5,280 nucleotides of DNA from Octopus sinensis. Lineage: Eukaryota. This document shows, in pieces, positions 1 through 5,280 of this stretch (its first letter is position 1; every line of letters starts with the position of its first letter). The translations under genes and the position numbers were made by a program. Under the pieces are notes generated by a model that had not been told where the DNA came from, made no database searches, and was given only the letters and a program-made list of their open reading frames with translations. The stretch covers positions 1 to 5,280 of the forward strand of contig NW_021830084.1 in assembly GCF_006345805.1 (NCBI RefSeq). Direction: 5' to 3'.

Positions 1-226
1 TGATGAAAGTTGTATTCATTTCTCCCCTTAAGCAGAACAAATCTCTGATAAGAACGGAACGGGTTATGAAAACAATCATGTTGGTCCATTGCATATTATT
101 TTTCTGTTCAAGCAAAAACAAGAAACGGAAAGAAGACAAAACTTTCAAAATCGTTCCGTTTGTAGCTAATATGGCTTTCCATATATCACAATACTAATCA
201 AAATAATGCAACCGATATCATGGATA

Positions 227-257
227 CAAGATGGGGTGCTGAAAAGTTCCTGACTTT
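227..257 (+). repeat. Left terminal inverted repeat of the mariner-like element
   Basis: CAAGATGGGGTGCTGAAAAGTTCCTGACTTT aligns to the reverse complement of 418-446 (CGAGGAGGTGCTGGAAAGTTCCTGGATTT) with a 2-nt gap and a few mismatches. Confidence 0.85.
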
Positions 258-311
258 AAGAGTATCGTGAAAGAACTGGTTAGAGGCCCAACCTTCTGAG
301 TTGTCTTACAC

Positions 312-378
312 GACTTAAAAACACTGAAACGCCAGCTGCAATAAGTTTATGAATCCGTGAGAGGAATATGTTGAATAA
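312..378 (+). pseudogene. Decayed C-terminal fragment of a mariner-type transposase
   Basis: Reads DLKTLKRQ, then a +1 base at 336, then CNKFMNP*EEYVE* with TAA at 376-378. This resembles the mariner C-terminal pattern GIxKLxxRWxKCVxxxGxYxE*. It has one frameshift and one nonsense codon (358-360). Confidence 0.65.
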
Positions 379-417
379 AATCATAATGAACTAATTCTCC
401 TTCATTTTCTTTTACCG

Positions 418-446
418 AAATCCAGGAACTTTCCAGCACCTCCTCG
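418..446 (-). repeat. Right terminal inverted repeat of the mariner-like element
   Basis: AAATCCAGGAACTTTCCAGCACCTCCTCG is the inverted partner of 227-257. Confidence 0.85.
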
Positions 447-779
447 CTTATTAGAGATTAATAATTTTTATAAATAAAAGTATTGCACCGAAGACTAGGT
501 TATTTGATTTAATTGTTCAACAAAACTTAACAAAATATTCTTGTATAAACAGATGTGAGAGATGGAGATTGTATTTTGGCAAATGATTTCCATATGATTA
601 CAGCCGTTTCGTTACTTTCTTCGTGTAAGTATCTAAAAATATGTACATGTTTGTATCAATAAGCGTGCTCAGCATTATACAATACAATTGCATATTCACA
701 AATTAATACCAATAAAGGAAGCAAACTCATGTATGTATTATGCATGTAAGAATAATACATCAGATACCGAAACATTCCA

Positions 780-977
780 GACGATACTATTGAACCTGTA
801 CTTCACTTTCTTGTGCATATTTTTATCCTATTTAACTCTGCATATCTCCCTTGCTATCCAGCCCTTCTTCCTCCAAGAAACCAATAACCCATTCAGCTTC
901 TACTTATCTCCGTTTAGACCAGCCTTCTTTAATCCGTTTTACATCAGGCACTGCACCTTCGCTCAAATGTACCTGAA
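780..977 (-). mobile_element. Possible highly decayed RTE-clade LINE fragment (region just after the RT domain)
   Basis: Minus-strand peptides in shifting frames: FRYI* (977-963), VHLSEGAVPDVKRIKEGWSKRR*V (972-901) and REICRVK*DKNMHKKVKYRFNSIV (851-780). These loosely follow the RTE pattern FKYLGS..DG...EV..RI..GW.KWREVSGVLCD..MP.KLKGK.Y...V recalled from memory. Matched by eye only. Confidence 0.3.
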
Positions 978-1399
978 GATACCAGCATGTATGTGCACAT
1001 GTGTGTCTCCTTTCTTGCTTCACTGTACCTCTTTTTCTCTGTTTTTAGTCCCTGCCTCTAATCGTCCAAATGATATTTGCAAGGCGGTGTACTCATGCAT
1101 ATTTATTACTATCCGCAGCAATATATATGTATATAACATCTCTATATATCAAACCAGACTAAACGATACACCAATTGCAAGAACTACAGTCAATCGCCAA
1201 CATATACAAGCATGCATACGTGTGCGCACACACGCATACAGAAACACAAAATCTCGCGTACACATTCTCATCTGTGCGCGTGTACGCTTGTATGTGTGTG
1301 GCAGTATCCATTGTATATCTTTATTTAGACATTTGCTATCATACATAATATCTATATCTCTTATGTGTCTCTTTCCAGATCTGTCTATTTCTGTCCAAG

Positions 1400-1465
1400 T
1401 ACACAAACATACACAAAATACATATACACCACACACACATATATATATACACATACATACGTATA

Positions 1466-1548
<83 letters not shown>

Positions 1549-1557
1549 CATATATAT
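1400..1557. repeat. Compound microsatellite: CA-rich arm, (AT)20, (TG)15
   Basis: Pure (AT)20A at 1469-1509, (TG)15 at 1515-1544, and a degenerate (CA)/(TACA) arm at 1400-1460. Confidence 0.97.
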
Positions 1558-1758
1558 TTCCTCCACTTAAATATGTTGGAAATGGTCGTGTGTGGCATTA
1601 CTGATCCATAAATATGCAGATAAATTGACTGATGCAGAGATTTTGTACCAATGCACATTTGCATGTATGTAATACACACCAGAAAACAACTGCATCTCCT
1701 AATATTTATGGATCTGCACAATGGCACACACACGTTAATACGTATAAATACAACCATG

Positions 1759-1792
1759 CATATACATACATACATACATATATATATATATA

Positions 1793-1837
<45 letters not shown>
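1759..1837. repeat. Compound (TACA)n/(TA)n microsatellite
   Basis: TACA units from ~1763 run into interrupted (TA)n up to ~1837. Confidence 0.95.
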
Positions 1838-1875
1838 GCATATGTATCATATATGTACAAATTCAAAATTGTATT

Positions 1876-1899
1876 CTATCTATCTATCTACCTATCTAT
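1876..1899. repeat. (CTAT)n microsatellite
   Basis: CTATCTATCTATCTACCTATCTAT, six units with one variant. Confidence 0.9.
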
Positions 1900-1982
1900 A
1901 TATGCACTCACATATATGCATTTATACATATACATATATATTTATCTATATAAAAAAGGAGATATAAAAAGATTACAAAAGG

Positions 1983-2024
1983 TATATATATATATATATA
2001 TTATATATATATATATATATATAT
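1983..2024. repeat. Interrupted (TA)n microsatellite
   Basis: (TA)9 T (TA)11 T. Confidence 0.97.
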
Positions 2025-2026
2025 GA

Positions 2027-2383
2027 ATCCTATACATCGGCAGCTTGGAGGATATCTTTGGAATGAACCTATCACAGAACATGTCGCTATTAATGGAGTT
2101 AACCATTTTACGATATCACATAAAAGCGGTGCGCGATGTGCTTCCATGTCCGGTCACTTACTATGACGCGGATCAGAAATGACGTAACTGATTCTTATCG
2201 GCGAGGAATTTTGATACTCTCGAGCATATGCTAGGAGCTTTCACATTTTCCCTTGCAAAGTATATCTAAGTTCATAACCAAATAAGTAATGTTGCCGATT
2301 TTCTGAAACAAGAATACTACGAACTTCATGCAATGCCAATGGCGCTGTTTCACAGATTGTATTTTTCATTGGCATTAGACTGA
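2027..2383 (+). pseudogene. Possible decayed coding remnant, weakly like a hAT (Buster/Charlie, ZBED5/FAM200-type) transposase
   Basis: One frame spans 119 codons with only 3 internal stops (2180, 2189, 2267), in an island more GC-rich than its flanks. The segment LEDIFGMNLSQNMSLLMELTILRYHIKAV echoes the Buster-type motif LxDIFxxLNxLNLSLQGxxxTIxxxxDKIKAF recalled from memory. Matched by eye only. Confidence 0.25.
2241..2302 (-). CDS. Candidate terminal coding segment (E-NRQHYLFGYELRYTLQGKM*)
   Basis: Minus strand: acceptor TATTCTTGTTTCAG|A at 2302 and stop TGA at 2243-2241. A donor ATA|GTAAGT at 2162 would make the whole exon 141 nt. Confidence 0.25.
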
Positions 2384-2558
2384 AAATGTACCGAAATGAA
2401 ATTGTTTTCGTAATTCTCCAGCACTCTGTTAATATAAATGGCGTTTAAAAAAAAAAGGAAATCCATTTTCGTTATATTTGCAAAACATTGTTCTAATGTT
2501 AATATATAATCTATGAGCATTTATACACACGCATATACACACCTCGCATCTGTCTGAT

Positions 2559-2594
2559 TATGTATGTATGTATGTATGTATGTATGTATGTATG
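2559..2594. repeat. (TATG)9 microsatellite
   Basis: Nine perfect TATG units, ending 11 bp upstream of the SINE head. Confidence 0.97.
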
Positions 2595-2612
2595 TCTATA
2601 TAAATGCAGGCG

Positions 2613-2623
2613 TGACTGTGTGG
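2613..2623 (+). promoter_or_regulatory. Pol III internal promoter A box (degenerate) of the SINE
   Basis: TGACTGTGTGG versus consensus TRGCNNARYGG. Confidence 0.7.
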
Positions 2624-2655
2624 TAAGAAGCTTGCTTCCCAACCGCATAGTTCCG

Positions 2656-2666
2656 TGTTCAGTTCC
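2656..2666 (+). promoter_or_regulatory. Pol III internal promoter B box (degenerate) of the SINE
   Basis: TGTTCAGTTCC versus consensus GGTTCRANNCC, 32 nt after the A box. Confidence 0.7.
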
Positions 2667-2770
2667 ACTGCGTGGCACCTTGGGAAAGTGTTTTTTCCAC
2701 TTTAGCCTCGGGCCGGCCAAATCTTTGTGAGTGGATTTGGTAGAAGGAAACTCAAAGAAGCCCGTCATGC

Positions 2771-2824
2771 ATATATATATATATGTTTGTGTGTGTGTGT
2801 GCGTGTGTATTCGTGTGTCTGTGT
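2771..2824. repeat. (AT)7 plus degenerate (GT)n microsatellite inside the SINE
   Basis: ATATATATATATAT followed by GTTTGTGTGTGTGTGTGCGTGTGTATTCGTGTGTCTGTGT. Confidence 0.93.
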
Positions 2825-2948
2825 CCGATGTTGGTTCGTTTATGTCCCGAAACCTAGAATACGTACTAGGCTTAAAAATTAAGCCCTGGGTTTTTGTTCG
2901 ACTAGAGCCGGTACTCCAGTATGGCCACAGACAAATGACTGAAACAAG

Positions 2949-2972
2949 TAAAAGGATAAAAGAATAAAAGAA
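2949..2972 (+). repeat. SINE 3' tail, (TAAAAGAA)x3
   Basis: TAAAAGGA TAAAAGAA TAAAAGAA. A short tandem-repeat tail is typical of LINE-mobilised SINEs. Confidence 0.85.
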
Positions 2973-3113
2973 TATTTGGGGACGGTCATTTTACCAGTGA
3001 ACACATGCACTATCTAATGGCTCTTCACTTTTGCTTTATTATCATTATCAGTTTATATTTTCTTCGTCACTCGCGATTTCACATGAAGTATATCGCAAAC
3101 CCAATACATAAAC

Positions 3114-3114
<1 letters not shown>

Positions 3115-3172
<58 letters not shown>

Positions 3173-3233
3173 TATATACATATGTATATGTATGTATGTA
3201 TGCATGTATACATGCATACATATGTGTGTGTGT
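3115..3233. repeat. Compound microsatellite: (TA)24, then (TATG)/(TG) tracts
   Basis: Pure (TA)24 at 3119-3166, then degenerate TACA/TATG units and (TG)n to 3233. Confidence 0.97.
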
Positions 3234-3336
3234 TACGGTTTTTAGCTCAAGAGAAATTTGTAAATATATTGAGTATATTATGATTATATATTTTACTGTA
3301 AGTAGTTGATATTTCCATGCTCTCCAGCACTCTCAC

Positions 3337-3383
3337 CTACCGCACATTGTTGAGTGAAGGCGAAAATTTCATGAAGGGTTTCG
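3337..3383 (-). CDS. Candidate 47-nt exon of an unidentified gene (ETLHEIFAFTQQCAV)
   Basis: Minus strand: acceptor CCTTTTCACATCCTCAG|C, donor TAG|GTGAGA. Phase-compatible with 3851-3823 and 2302-2241. An alternative acceptor TATTTCAG|G at 3551 would give a 215-nt exon with no continuous frame. Confidence 0.3.
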
Positions 3384-3822
3384 CTGAGGATGTGAAAAGG
3401 TTTTGCATATTGATTTCATTTGCTTTTGTGACCTAATTTCGGCATATTGTTCATGGGTTAGATAGAAGAGTTCCATTCGATGTGAGATATCTGTGGCCTT
3501 GATGGTACTTCATCGTTGGAACATTTTTGTCTTTCTTAGTTTAAAAGATACCTGAAATACTATTGTTATATATTTTTGACGTAATACAATTTTTCAGTCA
3601 GTTTGCTTCTTGAAAATGTTTCATACAACTGTATGCGTGAAAGAAGAAAGTCTAAATATTTTCCTGTGTAAGCTTATGGAAAGGAATTTCCCATTTGTTG
3701 TTTTACGATATTAACTATTATACCGTAAAAATCCATGTAATTTGCGTACCTTTGCAAGTTACGCAGGTGATTTTCGAGATGAAATTTGTTAAAAAAATCT
3801 TCTACTCATGTAAAATTCTCAC

Positions 3823-3851
3823 CCAAAAGTTTTCAGAATTGCCGATATGGC
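3823..3851 (-). CDS. Candidate 29-nt exon of an unidentified gene (AISAILKTF-G)
   Basis: Minus strand: acceptor CCTTTTCTCCCAG|G, CTAAAT branch-like motif upstream, donor TGG|GTGAGA. Frame 0 is open and ends in phase 2. Confidence 0.3.
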
Positions 3852-4290
3852 CTGGGAGAAAAGGTTCTCAATTTAGTTGTATTTAGCGTAGTTTCACTTG
3901 CGATTAAATTTTATTAAATTTTCATTAAATGAAAATAATTTCTGTTTAACAGGTATCACATTAAAAGCTATTAAATTACAAAAAAATTGTGTTACTAATA
4001 ACAATGTTTATTTTGCATTCCTTGCTCACAAGCGATTATGTCCAATCTTTAGCATACTGCTGTATGTCTTCTCAAATCACGAGACACAATAAAAGTTATA
4101 GATAAGAATTATCAACAAAAACAAAGCTGATAAATACACACAGGTGTTGCAAATTAAGTTTAATTACCAATAAACATTAATGGTTTTAGTATATTTATAC
4201 AGTAAAAGTAAGCATTATACCGTCCAGCATAAATAAAAGTCAACTTCATTATATTTAAGCCCCTTTTTTTGTAAAAACCTATTCTGACAT

Positions 4291-4310
4291 TAATTGAGTC
4301 AACTTCCGGT
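4291..4310. promoter_or_regulatory. Compact motif cluster: TAATTG (homeodomain-like), TGAGTCA (AP-1), ACTTCCGGT (ETS)
   Basis: TAATTGAGTCAACTTCCGGT has an exact AP-1 heptamer at 4295-4301 directly next to a high-affinity-type ETS site at 4302-4310. Motif match only. Confidence 0.35.
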
Positions 4311-5280
4311 ACGAATGTTTACGGTTTGTACGTCTTTTTTCAACAACAGTAAAACAAAAATTCTAAAATAATTCTGGAAACGATCTACCCACAAGTTTAT
4401 TTTTATTTTTGCGAAAGAAATTAAATGCATAAATTACATGGGTTTTACGGTAATCAGTTATTTAACTTATCGCTAGGGTGCAGAATGTAGTGCCAGACAT
4501 GGCCCCAAGATAATTCTCCATATATAATATAGTAATGCCATTTGCCCATCTGTTTTTATGATAACGCAATATATTGTGGTAATGTTGTGAAGTTACTTTT
4601 TTCCTGTTTCTCAAGGAATGTATATGCTGTGGGTATCGTGTTTAAAAAGAGCTTTTCGACAGCCAAAGTAATTCCATTCTATTTTCATCTTGGACAGGTA
4701 TATTCCTTTAAGGAACAAGCTTAGTGCGTTTCTAATTTTTACATATACACTGTTGTGGTTGTGAAGTATTGCTAGTTCTTGTTGTTTTTTCGTTGAAATT
4801 TGACAGTCTCTGATATTACGCCATAGATTTATAGACATCATTTTAATAAAATATTTTGAAGCATTCGTATAAATCGGTTGTGTACTTATCATTGACATAA
4901 AGATCCTTGTTTCTTTATGAACACGTCCAAGCTATATTTTATCGTGCAAAATTCTTTTCCAGTTTCTGCCTTTTTTTTTTGTAAATGTTCAATATACTCC
5001 AGCTTTTCTTTGAAATCGTTTCTTATAAATGACATGCTATAATGTGAAAAAGCTATGATATAAACTATGTTGCACACTTATAATAACACCAACAAGAGGG
5101 TAAAAAATGACATCACCGATATTTAAACGAGACAGTTGAATAGAATATTTTACTAAAACCGAGGGGTAGTGTTCTCAAAAACCGCAGCTATAACTAGTCA
5201 AAGTGTTGATTGGTCAACAACAGTGAGAGCGAACTCGGATTAATTTGCAACCCCATTCAATAACATTCATGATAGAATCA

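Larger units (their letters stand above)
227..446 (+). mobile_element. Non-autonomous Tc1/mariner-derived element (MITE-like deletion derivative), ~220 bp
   Basis: TIR core GGTGCTGAAAAGTTCCTG (235-252) matches the reverse complement of CAGGAACTTTCCAGCACC (423-440) at 17/18. TA lies immediately left (225-226); the right flank is degraded (CT, then TA at 449-450). The interior carries a mariner-like transposase C-terminus. It resembles a common Octopus MITE as I recall it (not searched). Confidence 0.82.
2606..2973 (+). mobile_element. tRNA-derived SINE with CORE-like central domain, internal microsatellite and tandem-repeat 3' tail (Octopus-type)
   Basis: A-box-like TGACTGTGTGG (2613-2623) and B-box-like GTTCAGTTCC (2657-2666) at tRNA spacing. 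ACCTTGGGAAAGT (2678-2689) follows and resembles the CORE/MIR motif ACCTTGGGCAAGT. Internal (AT)/(GT) tract at 2771-2824. The 3' tail GACTGAAACAAG leads into three TAAAAG(G/A)A units (2949-2972). The layout matches an abundant Octopus SINE as I recall it. No clear target-site duplication. Confidence 0.88.

Noticed and set aside
1-48. TGATGA at 1-6 and CTGA at 45-48 as C/D snoRNA boxes
   Set aside because: The spacing is too short, no terminal stem is visible, and the window edge truncates the context.
688-1611. 307-aa plus-strand ORF
   Set aside because: It starts at TTG, has low-complexity YI/CV/HT runs from microsatellites that lack stop codons, and shows no recognisable domain.
1149-1775. 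208-aa and nested 75-aa minus-strand ORFs
   Set aside because: They are translations of (CA)/(AT)/(TG) repeats.
1651-1953. 100-aa plus-strand ORF
   Set aside because: It is mostly (TA)/(TACA)/(CTAT) repeat translation.
2606-2680. Functional tRNA gene
   Set aside because: The acceptor and anticodon stems do not form properly, and the sequence runs straight into a SINE body and tail.
2511-2967. 85-aa minus and 78-aa plus ORFs
   Set aside because: They lie within the non-coding SINE and adjacent microsatellites.
3005-3283. 92-aa plus-strand ORF
   Set aside because: It spans the (TA)24 compound microsatellite.
3298-3327. GTAAGT...CTCCAG mini-intron
   Set aside because: At 30 nt it is too short for a normal metazoan spliceosomal intron, and the upstream flank has no exon-like sequence.
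3695-5077. Several 60-95 aa ORFs
   Set aside because: Their lengths and composition fit chance ORFs in AT-rich DNA; several use non-ATG starts and none shows a motif I recognise.
1-5280. CRISPR array, prokaryotic operon or defence system
   Set aside because: There are no regularly spaced repeats with unique spacers and no dense coding. The Pol III SINE and microsatellites indicate an animal genome.

Overview
AT-rich, microsatellite-dense eukaryotic DNA that is mostly non-coding. The repeats match what I recall of abundant Octopus (cephalopod) repeats; that is recall, not a database result. Two mobile elements are well supported. The first is a ~220-bp non-autonomous Tc1/mariner derivative at 227-446, with terminal inverted repeats and a decayed transposase C-terminus. 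The second is a tRNA-derived CORE-type SINE at 2606-2973, with A/B boxes, an internal microsatellite and a (TAAAAGAA)n tail. Several compound (TA)/(TG)/(TATG)/(CTAT) microsatellites account for the long ORFs in the supplied track, which I treat as spurious. Weaker hypotheses are three phase-compatible minus-strand small exons of an unidentified gene, decayed RTE-like and hAT-like coding remnants, and a compact homeodomain/AP-1/ETS motif cluster. I found no intact protein-coding gene I can name and no well-supported novel system.
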